64,000 nt of DNA from positions 192,001 to 256,000 of the forward strand of contig JAUVXV010000002.1 in NCBI GenBank assembly GCA_030603365.1, read 5' to 3'. Positions 9,380-19,728 of this stretch are shown here, piece by piece. Source of the DNA: Candidatus Heimdallarchaeota archaeon (GTDB lineage Archaea > Asgardarchaeota > Heimdallarchaeia > Heimdallarchaeales > Heimdallarchaeaceae). A model generated the notes under the pieces. It was given only the letters and a program-made list of their open reading frames with translations, ran no database searches and had not been told where the DNA came from. Numbering within the stretch: position 1 is the first letter of the stretch; the number at the start of each line of letters is the position of its first letter. Position numbers and translations under genes: made by a program.

Positions 9380-10157
9380 GTGCATAGACCAGTAATCTTT
9401 GATATGAAGTATGTGGAACCTGCAATTACTACACATGGATATTCCATAGTTAACGATATTCCGTTTACTGCTAATGTTTCTGACACTTTAGTAAAATCAT
9501 GTGGCCCTTTTGTGCTTGATACTTTTAATGTCGCAGAACAGACAATAAAGCTTATTCCCAATCCTTACTGGAATAATATCACCGCATCAAGCGGAGAAGA
9601 TGCTAAATTAGAAGAATTACAATTACACTATATCCCAGATATAAATGAGGCATTATCAAAACTAGTCAATGATGAAGTTGATATTGTAACAGATGAAGTA
9701 TGGAGACTTAAACCATTCACTCAGAATTTAAACATAACCTATCTAAATAGTTTAGCTGGGATAAGTGGACTAATTCTTAACACGAATATTCTCAATCAAA
9801 TTGAAGTAAATATGCTTCACCCAATAATTGGAACAGGTGAACTAACTCCAGAAGGAACAGCTGAGGCAGCACTTAACATAAGAAAAGCTATTAGTCATGC
9901 AATTCCCCGACAAACTATCATTGATAATGAATTTGATGGTATAGGAACTCCTAGTATTTCTCCAGTTCCTGATTCATGTGCAGGATTTGATTCAAGTCTA
10001 ACTCCTTATATTTATGACATAGATTTAGCAAAATCATATCTTGAACTAGCAGAATATACTAGTGAGAAAGCATCATTTAGTGGTTATATCATTAATTGTA
10101 TTTAGTTTACTAGGATTATCTAGTATAGTATCCCTTATACGAAAAAGGAAGAAATAA
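9380..10157 (+). pseudogene. C-terminal fragment of an ABC peptide/nickel solute-binding protein (family 5), 5'-truncated and frameshifted
   Basis: GPF..., NPYW, IRKAISHAIPRQTII, YDIDLAKSYLE motifs; N-terminal half and signal peptide are absent. After ~10085 another frame encodes VISLIVFSLLGLSSIVSLIRKRKK* (TM anchor, stop 10155-10157). Confidence 0.75.
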
Positions 10158-10242
10158 ACTCTGATTTCCTCTTTTTTTCTCTTCTATTCAAAATTGTATT
10201 TAGACGAAAATTAAAAATAGTTCAAGATTTCTTATTACTTAG

Positions 10243-10539
10243 ATGATTTACGAAACCGTTGCCCCTTGTAAGAAGAAGAAGGGATTTGAAGGTATCCCGG
10301 AAGAGTTTCATGAAGTTCCTTTAGGGGACCTGAAGAATGAGCTCCTTCATAATCTTAAATCTTACAAATTATTGCGTGAAACTAGAGTTATGCTAATCTT
10401 TCTTGATGACGAAAAAGGCAATAAAATTTCCATCTATCCTTCTTGTCGTGTTTTTGTTCATGGAGATATACAAGAAGATGAAGCGAAAGAGATTATCAAC
10501 AAAATCGGTAAATCAATAGAGAAAATTACTGCTTCTTAG
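10243..10539 (+). CDS. Small hypothetical protein (98 aa)
   Basis: Clean ORF with normal composition, filling the gap between neighbouring genes. Confidence 0.7.
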   Translation: MIYETVAPCKKKKGFEGIPEEFHEVPLGDLKNELLHNLKSYKLLRETRVMLIFLDDEKGNKISIYPSCRVFVHGDIQEDEAKEIINKIGKSIEKITAS

Positions 10540-10597
10540 AAACTTTTTTCTTTAAATTGCAAAAATATTAAATATTCAATCTGTTTTAATTACATCT

Positions 10598-11392
10598 GTG
10601 CAAGGCGGAATACACCTCTTATCTGGACTCTTACTAGCTAGTTTAACTAAGAGAAAAGAGTTCAAGTTAGGTGCTGTATTTGGGGCAATTTTACCTGATA
10701 TAGATATTGTAGTTTCTGCAATTGTATATATAATTACTAGAGATAGAGACTTAGCTATAGCAATCCACAGATCTCTAACCCACAGTTTATTATTCATGAT
10801 TTTAGTTCCTTTGATTATCTTATCCATTAGTTTTATTCCGTATGTTAAGAGGAAATACAAGTATGATTTTGTAGGTCTTGCTCTTGGATTATTTGCAGGT
10901 ATAACCATACACATTTTTCTGGATATGCTCTACCTATATGGTGTTTATTTACTATGGCCTTTCAGCAATCAAATGGTTGGCTTTCCGATTGTTCCATTTG
11001 AGAGCTTTAATGAGTTCTTACCAAGAGATATGTTTAAACTAAAACTCTTACAAACTACTGACTTTTACACTGATATTTTCTTTTTTTATGTGCCAATGAT
11101 TTATTTAGCCTACAAAATGGACTTACTTAAAGGAGTTAGACAGCTTTTCATCATTTACACTGTTATCAGTTTTATCACCATAACAGCCTTTTTTGGTTTA
11201 ATGTATAATTATAATATTTCTTATGAAAACCATGTTATTTATCTCTATATTCCAGGAACATTCTTCTTACTTTTTTCAGTAATATCACCTATTTTATTTC
11301 GGAATGTTATTCGGGAATTCAAAATGAATGTCTGGGAGATGTGTATTGTTGTATCCTTGATAGTATTTTCTCAAATACTCTTTTACATTTAA
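10598..11392 (+). CDS. Membrane-bound metal-dependent hydrolase (YdjM/DUF457-like)
   Basis: N-terminal H, LPDID, HRSLTHS, HIFLD motifs; multiple TM helices. Confidence 0.85.
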   Translation: MQGGIHLLSGLLLASLTKRKEFKLGAVFGAILPDIDIVVSAIVYIITRDRDLAIAIHRSLTHSLLFMILVPLIILSISFIPYVKRKYKYDFVGLALGLFAGITIHIFLDMLYLYGVYLLWPFSNQMVGFPIVPFESFNEFLPRDMFKLKLLQTTDFYTDIFFFYVPMIYLAYKMDLLKGVRQLFIIYTVISFITITAFFGLMYNYNISYENHVIYLYIPGTFFLLFSVISPILFRNVIREFKMNVWEMCIVVSLIVFSQILFYI

Positions 11393-11395
11393 CTT

Positions 11396-13030
11396 TTAAA
11401 AGTAGTCTTCAATCTTTAATTCTGTAAGAAGTAAGAAAATATCATCCTTAACTAAGGTCTTACTTACAATTTCCATTAATTTGTTAACAACTTTTTCAGG
11501 TACTACTCGTTTATCAGATATCATTAATTCTTTGAAGATGTTAACTAATCCTTCTAAGATTTCTGGATCAGTTGACACATACAAAATTGTTTTGATAAAT
11601 TGTTTCACATCACTTGGAATAAGATGTCGAGTTGTAATCAGCTCTGAATAAGTCAAAAGTATTTGTTCTATAACACCTATATCTTTGTGAAGTTTCAAAC
11701 AATCTACAAATGTTTCAGCAAAGTCCAAAGTGAATTTTTCTGGATTGTTTAAGATTATACTCTCTACAATGTTATATGCTCTAAAAGCCAAGAATGGATG
11801 ATAGGATTTTAGAGTTATATCTCCCAATGTTCTTAAGATTATCAAAATTAGATCAGTATCTAAAGGCATGAAAGTGTATTTCTCAATGTTTTGAAGAGCA
11901 GTATAACAGATGTTCTCTTCTTTTGTATTCAGTACAACTTTCATGATAACTTTTATTGAGGTTTCAACAACTTCTGGGTTTGATTGGAGAATAACTTGAG
12001 TAAATAGCTCAATTGCTGTTGTTCTAACATTTTTTGTATGATGCGACTTAAGGATTTTAATTATTCTCTGAACATTGAGGTCAGAGAGATTGTTGCGAAT
12101 AATAATTGCTTCAAGAGCTTTAAGTCCCATTTCTCTTAACATATCTTCATAAGTAGCTCGAACAACACCTATGATAAGATCAACTAGAAAAGGAATTTTC
12201 TCTTCTCTTGTCAGAACCAAATCAGGATAAGCACACATAGCAATTTCTCTTATTTTTTGATCATATGAGAATGTTAGTAGTTTCACTATATCATTTGTAT
12301 ATTGATTTAATTTTGCTAATGTTTTCCTTTTAACTATTATTTCCTCGAGGCATTTAAACGCAGTAATCCTCATTTCAAAATCTTCAGACGCTTTGAACAA
12401 CATAATATATGCTTCAGCGATTCCGAAATAGGGTGTATATTTGTCAATATTTGTTATTATATTATTAAGGCAGCCAATAGCAGTAAGTCTCTCAGTTTCT
12501 TCTGTACTTACCCTAAGAATTTCTCCTATTCCGATTGCGACATCTCTCCCCATGTCTGGATTGTCAATAGGGAGTAGAAGTATGGAATTTATCAGAGTCT
12601 TTACATTAGGTTGTTTTTTGAGATAACGATCTTTGTCTACTGCCCTAAACAATTGACGTAGTTCGATTGAATCCTTTAGATTATATTTTTCTTTTTTCAT
12701 TCCTTTACGGATTATTTCAAATTCCTTTGACAGATTGAATAAATCACTACCTAAAGTCGGATCTATATCTTTACCTTCTGATTTCAATTCTTCAACTATT
12801 CCTTCATCAAAATCTTCTGAAGTGATTAAGGATGCAAGAGCTTGAGAAGCCGCATCTCTTACTTTGGGATTAGGATCCTGCAATTGAGCATTTAGCAGAG
12901 CTTCTAAAGCTTTTGAGTGACGAAAATTAGCAAGAATATAAGCAGCTCTTTCTCTTTGTAAAGGTATAGAGCTATATTTTAGCTGCTTAATTAAAGCAAA
13001 CATATCAGAAGAATCTGTATCATCACTCAT
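11396..13030 (-). CDS. HEAT/ARM-repeat alpha-solenoid protein
   Basis: PBS-lyase HEAT motif (RERAAYIL...QDPNPKVRDAASQAL), then many ~38-aa helical repeats (RLTAIGCL, RITAFKCL, REIAMCAY, REMGLKAL, RTTAIELF). Start probably ATG 13030. Confidence 0.8.
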   Translation of the reverse strand: MSDDTDSSDMFALIKQLKYSSIPLQRERAAYILANFRHSKALEALLNAQLQDPNPKVRDAASQALASLITSEDFDEGIVEELKSEGKDIDPTLGSDLFNLSKEFEIIRKGMKKEKYNLKDSIELRQLFRAVDKDRYLKKQPNVKTLINSILLLPIDNPDMGRDVAIGIGEILRVSTEETERLTAIGCLNNIITNIDKYTPYFGIAEAYIMLFKASEDFEMRITAFKCLEEIIVKRKTLAKLNQYTNDIVKLLTFSYDQKIREIAMCAYPDLVLTREEKIPFLVDLIIGVVRATYEDMLREMGLKALEAIIIRNNLSDLNVQRIIKILKSHHTKNVRTTAIELFTQVILQSNPEVVETSIKVIMKVVLNTKEENICYTALQNIEKYTFMPLDTDLILIILRTLGDITLKSYHPFLAFRAYNIVESIILNNPEKFTLDFAETFVDCLKLHKDIGVIEQILLTYSELITTRHLIPSDVKQFIKTILYVSTDPEILEGLVNIFKELMISDKRVVPEKVVNKLMEIVSKTLVKDDIFLLLTELKIEDYF

Positions 13031-13137
13031 GGTATAAGCTTTACTAGTTACTAGACTATATGAAGGTTTTTTTGTGGTTAGCTGAACCAATTTGTTCTAG
13101 CATAAAGTCTTTAAAACTGGAGTTTTCCACAAAAATA

Positions 13138-14133
13138 ATGAATGTACTTTTAATGGGCAACTTATCTGAAGAAGACAAGACAGCTGCTAAGAACATCATT
13201 GATAAATCTACGATTCTAACCTTTTTCCAGGATCTGAATGAAGATGAAAAAGAAGAATCATTAACCAAAGCTGAGATAGTTGTTGGAGGTAGTCTTTCTG
13301 ATGAACAATTGTCAAAAGCTAAGAAACTAAAAATGCAGCAAATCTTTGGAACAGGAGTTAATAGACACAATTTACAGTTTTTCAAGGAGAATGGAATAAT
13401 ACTCTGCAATTCTCATGCACATTCTTTTATCATAGCAGAACATGGTTTTTCAATGCTTGTTGCAGCGTCAAAGAATCTTCTAACAAGTGATCAATTACTA
13501 CGTCAGGGAATTTGGGATCCTCAAAGAGGAACTTCTGTAACTCTTTTCAATAAAACAATACTCTTCTTAGGATTTGGTGAAATTGCTAAGAATTTCAAAA
13601 AATTCTGTAAACCTTTTGATATGCGATACATAGCACTAAAGAGATCAGAAACATGTGATGATCCAGAAGTTACGGTGTTCTTACCTGATAAGAAGAAAGA
13701 GGCTATAGAACAAGCTGATTTCATATTCAATAGTCTCCCTTTAACACCTAAATCAACTGATTTTCTAGATGCAGAGGATTTCATGGTGATGAAGCCTGAT
13801 ACAATAATTGTTAATGTTGGAAGAGGTGCAACTATAAACGATAAAGCATTATATGATGCACTAAAGGACAGAAAAATCAGAGGAGCAGCTATTGATGTCT
13901 GGTACGATTATCCCGATAGAAGAGGTGGAGGAGAACAAGAACAACAACCAAACCCCTGCTATCCATCATCATATCCTTTTCAAGAATTAGATAATATCAT
14001 CATGAGTGCTCATCGAGCATGGGTAACTGACCTTTCTTTTATGGACCTAAGAAAAGAACTCTTTCTGAACGTTAACAGGTTCATCAAAAGAGAGCAGGTG
14101 AAAAATATTGTAAATCTTGAGGAAGGATACTAA
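13138..14133 (+). CDS. D-isomer-specific 2-hydroxyacid dehydrogenase
   Basis: GFGEIA Rossmann motif, LPLT, NVGRG, AAIDVW, SAH. Start probably ATG 13138. Confidence 0.9.
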   Translation: MNVLLMGNLSEEDKTAAKNIIDKSTILTFFQDLNEDEKEESLTKAEIVVGGSLSDEQLSKAKKLKMQQIFGTGVNRHNLQFFKENGIILCNSHAHSFIIAEHGFSMLVAASKNLLTSDQLLRQGIWDPQRGTSVTLFNKTILFLGFGEIAKNFKKFCKPFDMRYIALKRSETCDDPEVTVFLPDKKKEAIEQADFIFNSLPLTPKSTDFLDAEDFMVMKPDTIIVNVGRGATINDKALYDALKDRKIRGAAIDVWYDYPDRRGGGEQEQQPNPCYPSSYPFQELDNIIMSAHRAWVTDLSFMDLRKELFLNVNRFIKREQVKNIVNLEEGY

Positions 14134-15038
14134 GTTGCAGATTCTTCTTGTACATTATTTTCTACTATATCCTTTTCATTTTTAATTTCTTCAGTTTTGG
14201 ATTCAGTTAGTTGAACTAAATCTCTTTTCTTCTGAATTCTATTTGATACAATTGTAGCAACTACAAACATCAAAATCAAAACACCAAAAATGATGTAGAA
14301 TATAAGATTAAAGTTTCCAGCTGCTGTATCCAATTGTTCAGGAGTAAGATTGTGAATATCAATCCAACCTGGAGCAGTGACCATTTGATAACCGATTACA
14401 GCATAGAAAATTGCTCTAGGAATAGAACCAATAAAAGTTGCAAGATTATACATCTTCCACTTTATATTAGATATCCCAGCTGCATAAGAGATGGGATCGA
14501 ACATAATGACTGGTATGGCTCTTCCTGTAATAATCGCCCATATACCCCATTTCTCGATCCAGAGATCCATTGCAAAAACAAATTTATCAGCTATTTTCAC
14601 ATATTCTCCCGTAGCTTCTAGAATAGGTCTTCCACCTTTATTTGCGATATAGTATGTAACGACTCCACTTAAAACTGAACCAACAACACCTACTGCAACT
14701 CCTAACACAACACCCCATGCTCCTAACCAGGACCCATATAACATACCTCCTGCAAGCAGAACTAATTCTGAGGGAATAGGTACAATCAAACTTTGTACTA
14801 TCATTAAAACTAAGAACAAAAGAATCGACCAATATCCTATAGCTTCAAGTGGTAAGAGAAAATAATCGCGTACTAGTTCAAACAAGAAAGTCTTTTTTAC
14901 AAAAGATACGATCAGAACTGCAATAGAAACGAGTACTAACAGAGAGAAGAGTATTACCATCAAGATTCTCTTTTTCGTCCATTCTATTTTCTTTCTTCCA
15001 GCTTCTGTTAAAAGCTTAGTTTCTTCAGTTTTGTCCAA
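14130..15038 (-). CDS. DedA/TVP38 (VTT domain) membrane protein
   Basis: QSLIVPIPSELVLLAGG, GRAIPVIMFDPISYAAG, ATFIGSIP. GAGGT SD-like site before the TTG start. Confidence 0.9.
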   Translation of the reverse strand: MDKTEETKLLTEAGRKKIEWTKKRILMVILFSLLVLVSIAVLIVSFVKKTFLFELVRDYFLLPLEAIGYWSILLFLVLMIVQSLIVPIPSELVLLAGGMLYGSWLGAWGVVLGVAVGVVGSVLSGVVTYYIANKGGRPILEATGEYVKIADKFVFAMDLWIEKWGIWAIITGRAIPVIMFDPISYAAGISNIKWKMYNLATFIGSIPRAIFYAVIGYQMVTAPGWIDIHNLTPEQLDTAAGNFNLIFYIIFGVLILMFVVATIVSNRIQKKRDLVQLTESKTEEIKNEKDIVENNVQEESAT

Positions 15039-15339
15039 GTTAATAACCTCTGGGTGTGGTGAGTATCAGTCTTCTACCTTTCTTGGTCTTCCAAGTTTCA
15101 TAACTATTTAAATGTTTCAAATGAAAGCCAATTGGAGTAAGAATGCATTTCTTAAAGATTAAGAATTTCATTCTCATTCGTGTAAAAATATAAATATAGG
15201 CAAGTATTGAATTATCCAGTTAGAAGCCTTAACATCTGAAGAATGCTTTCTCACAATAAGCTTTTAAATTTGTTTAAAAAAAGAGTTAAGTAAACAAGTC
15301 AGCAATGAACTTATAAATGTTAGAATATTGGGAAGTCTA

Positions 15340-18300
15340 ATGAAGTTTAGGAATAGAATAACGTTATTTGTATTATTATTTTCATTTGTAACTAGTTCTT
15401 TGATTATTCAAACAGGTTCATATGCTTTAGAAGATGGAGTAAATGAAGATCTTTTTCTACTTACTGAAAGAACAGATGAGGAAACAGATATAGAGACGAG
15501 AATAATTTTTGATAATTTTAGCAACTTTCACTTCTTTGCTAAGATAGTTTACGAAAATGACACTTTCAAAATAATCCATGTGGTTAATGATGAAACGACA
15601 TTAATAATAGTAGACGAATATCCCTTAGATTTCTTCGAAGTGTTTGCAGTAGAAGATGGGGTCGTTTTATTCTATTCATATCATGCGTTTTATGATATCA
15701 CTTTCTTCCATATGTACACTTGGACGCCAGAAGAAGGAGGATATGATTTTGAGGTTTACCAATACAATTCAAGAGCTAACTATCCACGCATTAGGGTATT
15801 TCCAGATGGACTTAGACATTTTGATTTATTTCTCATATTCATAGCTAATTATCCGCCAACTTCAGAAAATGCGTATACGAAATATCAACATTATAGAGTA
15901 TTCAGAGATAATGTAACAACAAACCTTTGGTATACTGATGAAGATTTTGTAGAAGTTTGGTCTACTGAAGAAGAATTCGATTATATGATGGATATGCATT
16001 ATGCTGATGGTATGGTGTATACAGGATATCAATATATATTTCAAGGAAATCCTGACCATTTTTATATAACAACGGTTGCCAATAGCTCAACTGGTATATC
16101 AAATATCACCAATGTTATGTTGTTAAATGAAGGAAGGTTTGATCCTAGATTTTTCGTTACGAAGGACGGAATGTTCAATCTTGTTTTAGCTAGAAATTCA
16201 AAATTGTATACAATCAGATATGGAGTTAATGATACTACATCCTTTTCAAACTTCACAGAAACAGATATCGGGATTTTCAACTATGATAGTTTCATCGTTG
16301 AAGAAAAAGATAACTATACTGAGTATATTTTCAATTCAGAGCCGTATCTTGAGTATGATGAGTTCTTTGTTGGTGAAAAATTAAAGTCAACTATTTCCAT
16401 TATAAGAGACAATTATACAGGTATTTTTGAGCTGGAACAATTTGACATCTATAATGTTCCAAATAATAAGAATATCCATTCATTTACCTCACTGGAAACA
16501 GACGATGGAGATCGTATATACACACATTCTACATCATTAGAGGAAGAAGAGGTAGAAGAAGCTACAATCTCTGAAGAGAAACTTATTGGATTTTATGTTT
16601 CGAATACAATTGATTTAGGAGTATTTTTTGAACTGCATGTCTCACAAATAGAGATTGTTGGATCTTTGAATTTGTTCTGGCATTCTGCAGGAATTTATCT
16701 AGTTGTTTTTATTGGTTTGATAGGAATTACGATATTGGTCTTTAGAAGGAGAGTCAAGTTAATGTTCATAAACGCGAAAGCATTTTTGACTAGACCATTC
16801 TATGAAGGTAAATCCAAATTTCTACTGGTTTTAACTAATTTATGGTATTTATTATTCAATTCGCTTTCAGCGATTTATACACTATTTAAAACGAATAAAA
16901 AACGGCATATGATGAACCTTATTGGTATGACAGTTCTTGCCGTTATCATAATAACTAGTACTACCGTTTATAGTTCTAAGCAAGGAGTTTTACTTGATGA
17001 GTATTCTTCTAGAATTGACCTACTCAACTCTGGGATTCCTAGTATGACTTTTACCTTGAATTATGACACAGGAGGTTTTGGGGCTCGAAATCCATTATTA
17101 AAGAATTTTGAACAACTTGCTTTAGGAGAAGTTTTAACAGAATTTTATGTGAATTATCCAAATTTAGCTAGTATAATATCCGATTACGAATATATGACAA
17201 CATTTTATGTAACATTAGACAATCCTGAGATTCCTGGTTTAAATTACGTCAATGCAAATTATATAAGTTTGTCAGAGAACTATTCCACAATCATCAGTGA
17301 AAATCTAGTCTCCGGAAGAATGCCTACAAGCAAAGGAGAAATACTAATAGGTCAGGACTTATTAGGTAATGCCAACCTAAATATTACTTTAGGAGGAAAT
17401 TTCACGCTTTGGGGTTCTCAAGTTAACGTCTATAATACTGAAACTGGAGACACTAATGTTTCATTAGAAGTAGTGGGAGTATATGTACCCCCCTCAGGAG
17501 CAAATTATAGCAGAATTTGGAATGAATACAATCTTCCACTAGATGCAATATCAAGTCTCGATGGATTTTTTTCAACAATATTAGGATGTGGCGAGCTGGC
17601 TTGGCAGAATTTGGAAGATCTTTATCCGTATTATATGTTTGTTTCCACTGTTATACAGTTTATCTACGACTTTAGTGACCTTTCACCTAATCAGCTAACC
17701 CTTCTTAGTCAAGAGAATGAGGAGTTAAAAGGTCGTCCAGATACATTCTTCAGTTTTGAACCAACTTATCGCAATTCAAAATGGGATTATTCAGGAGAAA
17801 TATCAGATATGCTTGACATATTAGAACCAAATCTAAATTCATCTGTTTTCTTGTTCTTTACTCTTGCAATGCCCATAATCTATTTAGCAATGTTTCTGAT
17901 CTCTGAGACTAATGAATTATATACTCAAAGTCTAGAACAGGAAATCGAGATATTCCAATCTAAGGGAGTAAAATCAACGCGGATTGCAGTTAATTATATA
18001 TCATTGAAAGTTGTGGAATCTGTAATTGCTACGGCAATAGGATTTGGAATTTCAGTAGCACTAGCACCTGCTCTTCTGAGAATAGATTCGTTTATATCGT
18101 TTAATAATCCATCATCATCTTTGCAGTTCGCTGGAGTAGGTGTAGCTGTTGCTTTTACTATTCTTGGTTTAGTGTTTATAGCAACTCCTAAAATATGGCG
18201 TATGTCCAAAACTAAAAGGGTTAGATTCCAGAAAACACCACAAAGAATTGCTAGTTTATTCAAGCAGATCAGATTACCTCCAATACTTCTTATTGTGGGA

Positions 18301-19722
18301 GGAGGATTAATGGCTTGGGGATCTCTTGCACTATTTCAGCTTCTATTCCAAAGTATTGGAGGAACAGCTAGCACATCCATTTTAATGGTGTTCATCTACC
18401 TAGCAGGTTTTGGAGTTTTACTAATATTCTTAGGTTTAGGTTTACTGTTAAAAGATTTGTTTTCAATTTTAATGATAGCGATCAGCAAAATTTCGTGGAA
18501 TATTAGAAAAAGTTTAGGAACATTCAGTTTAGTTGAAATAAGATCAGATATTAAATTATTCAAGAATATTTACTTAGCATTTCTACTTATTGTGGGAATA
18601 ACACTACCATCTATAATAAGCCCTACTACTTTACAGCTTAATTTTGAAAAAGATGTCTACTTCTATAATGGTGCAGATTTATATATCAATAATTGGATGA
18701 ATTTCAATGAGTCAGTACTTCTACCCCTAGTACAAAATATAACTGGAGTTGAAAATACAGCTTTTGTTAGAGAAATAGAAGGAGCTGTTGTCAATTATGA
18801 TGCTGTTCAAGTATATCTAATTCAGAATACGACGGAATATTTAGCAACGTCTTATCGACCACCCAGACGGATGTTCAAAGATTGGGATAATCAGATAACC
18901 AAATTGAGCGAAAACACTTCAATGATGGCAACCTACATCTTCAATAAAGAGTTTGCAGAAAATGAGGATACATTTACATTTACTGAGGTTATTCCTCCAA
19001 TGGATATAACATTCAGTATCACTGGTGAATTTGATTATATACCTATTTTCTATACTGTAGGAAAATATGTTCCTGGAGAGACAAGCCGAATAGCAGCGGT
19101 TCTTATGACTGAAGCAAACTATGCATTGATAAAACCGATTATTCATCCCGGTCATTCAGGAGAGAATATAAACGATAGACTACTTATCAAAGTGGCTAAG
19201 GGATTTGATCACATAGCTGTCAAACACCAAATAGAAGAGGAATTAGGAATAAGTGTCAAATCTTCAGAAGAAGATATTGAAACAACTAAATTTGAAAGTT
19301 TCCCATTCTATAATATAATCTCAGCTGAATTTGTGTTATCAATTTTAATCTGTTTAATAGCGATTGTATTTATTAGTATAAGTAATCCATTAAAGATTCT
19401 TCAACAAAGAACAAACAAGAATGACAGACTAAAGAAAATGGGAATATCAACGAAGCGTATAATACAGCTAACGATGACAGAAACGTTTATGGCAGGAGTA
19501 CTACCAGGAATGATTATAGGAACAGGAGCAGCGTTCGGTCTGATTTCACTCTTCCTGATGGTAATAAAGAATTACTTCTATTCAGGAATTAATTTCTTAA
19601 TAGATTTCAATTTAGGAGCGATGATTATAGCGTATATCATCGCGCCAGTGCTGTTCATGTCAATATTCTACTTCTCGATGAAAGCGAATTATGCAAAATA
19701 TATGCCAAGGAACCTGGAGTGA
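15340..19722 (+). CDS. Giant MacB/FtsX-type ABC permease with a large extra N-terminal extracellular domain
   Basis: Signal peptide, ~420-aa soluble domain, TM, then two FtsX modules (SGRMP, EQEIEIFQSKG, GADL, LKKMGIS). Confidence 0.85.
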   Translation: MKFRNRITLFVLLFSFVTSSLIIQTGSYALEDGVNEDLFLLTERTDEETDIETRIIFDNFSNFHFFAKIVYENDTFKIIHVVNDETTLIIVDEYPLDFFEVFAVEDGVVLFYSYHAFYDITFFHMYTWTPEEGGYDFEVYQYNSRANYPRIRVFPDGLRHFDLFLIFIANYPPTSENAYTKYQHYRVFRDNVTTNLWYTDEDFVEVWSTEEEFDYMMDMHYADGMVYTGYQYIFQGNPDHFYITTVANSSTGISNITNVMLLNEGRFDPRFFVTKDGMFNLVLARNSKLYTIRYGVNDTTSFSNFTETDIGIFNYDSFIVEEKDNYTEYIFNSEPYLEYDEFFVGEKLKSTISIIRDNYTGIFELEQFDIYNVPNNKNIHSFTSLETDDGDRIYTHSTSLEEEEVEEATISEEKLIGFYVSNTIDLGVFFELHVSQIEIVGSLNLFWHSAGIYLVVFIGLIGITILVFRRRVKLMFINAKAFLTRPFYEGKSKFLLVLTNLWYLLFNSLSAIYTLFKTNKKRHMMNLIGMTVLAVIIITSTTVYSSKQGVLLDEYSSRIDLLNSGIPSMTFTLNYDTGGFGARNPLLKNFEQLALGEVLTEFYVNYPNLASIISDYEYMTTFYVTLDNPEIPGLNYVNANYISLSENYSTIISENLVSGRMPTSKGEILIGQDLLGNANLNITLGGNFTLWGSQVNVYNTETGDTNVSLEVVGVYVPPSGANYSRIWNEYNLPLDAISSLDGFFSTILGCGELAWQNLEDLYPYYMFVSTVIQFIYDFSDLSPNQLTLLSQENEELKGRPDTFFSFEPTYRNSKWDYSGEISDMLDILEPNLNSSVFLFFTLAMPIIYLAMFLISETNELYTQSLEQEIEIFQSKGVKSTRIAVNYISLKVVESVIATAIGFGISVALAPALLRIDSFISFNNPSSSLQFAGVGVAVAFTILGLVFIATPKIWRMSKTKRVRFQKTPQRIASLFKQIRLPPILLIVGGGLMAWGSLALFQLLFQSIGGTASTSILMVFIYLAGFGVLLIFLGLGLLLKDLFSILMIAISKISWNIRKSLGTFSLVEIRSDIKLFKNIYLAFLLIVGITLPSIISPTTLQLNFEKDVYFYNGADLYINNWMNFNESVLLPLVQNITGVENTAFVREIEGAVVNYDAVQVYLIQNTTEYLATSYRPPRRMFKDWDNQITKLSENTSMMATYIFNKEFAENEDTFTFTEVIPPMDITFSITGEFDYIPIFYTVGKYVPGETSRIAAVLMTEANYALIKPIIHPGHSGENINDRLLIKVAKGFDHIAVKHQIEEELGISVKSSEEDIETTKFESFPFYNIISAEFVLSILICLIAIVFISISNPLKILQQRTNKNDRLKKMGISTKRIIQLTMTETFMAGVLPGMIIGTGAAFGLISLFLMVIKNYFYSGINFLIDFNLGAMIIAYIIAPVLFMSIFYFSMKANYAKYMPRNLE

Positions 19723-19728
19723 TGAGAA

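Larger units (their letters stand above)
8721..9400 (-). pseudogene. Small beta-rich hypothetical protein gene, interrupted by the 8740-9089 insertion and apparently 5'-truncated
   Basis: ORF 9080-9436 ends NGFLGT-VVH*. Deleting 8740-9092 restores GGA ACC GTT CTA ATA CCT AAC TAA (GTVLIPN*, stop 8721-8723), followed by a T-run terminator-like tract. No credible start; the 5' boundary is approximate. Confidence 0.65.

Noticed and set aside
15039-15101. Upstream in-frame MKLGRPRKVED-UGA before the DedA gene (AT-hook peptide or selenocysteine readthrough)
   Set aside because: The ATG lies only a few nt after the probable TATA box (TTTAAATA), so it is upstream of the likely TSS. The TTG start has its own GAGGT site, and no SECIS was recognised.
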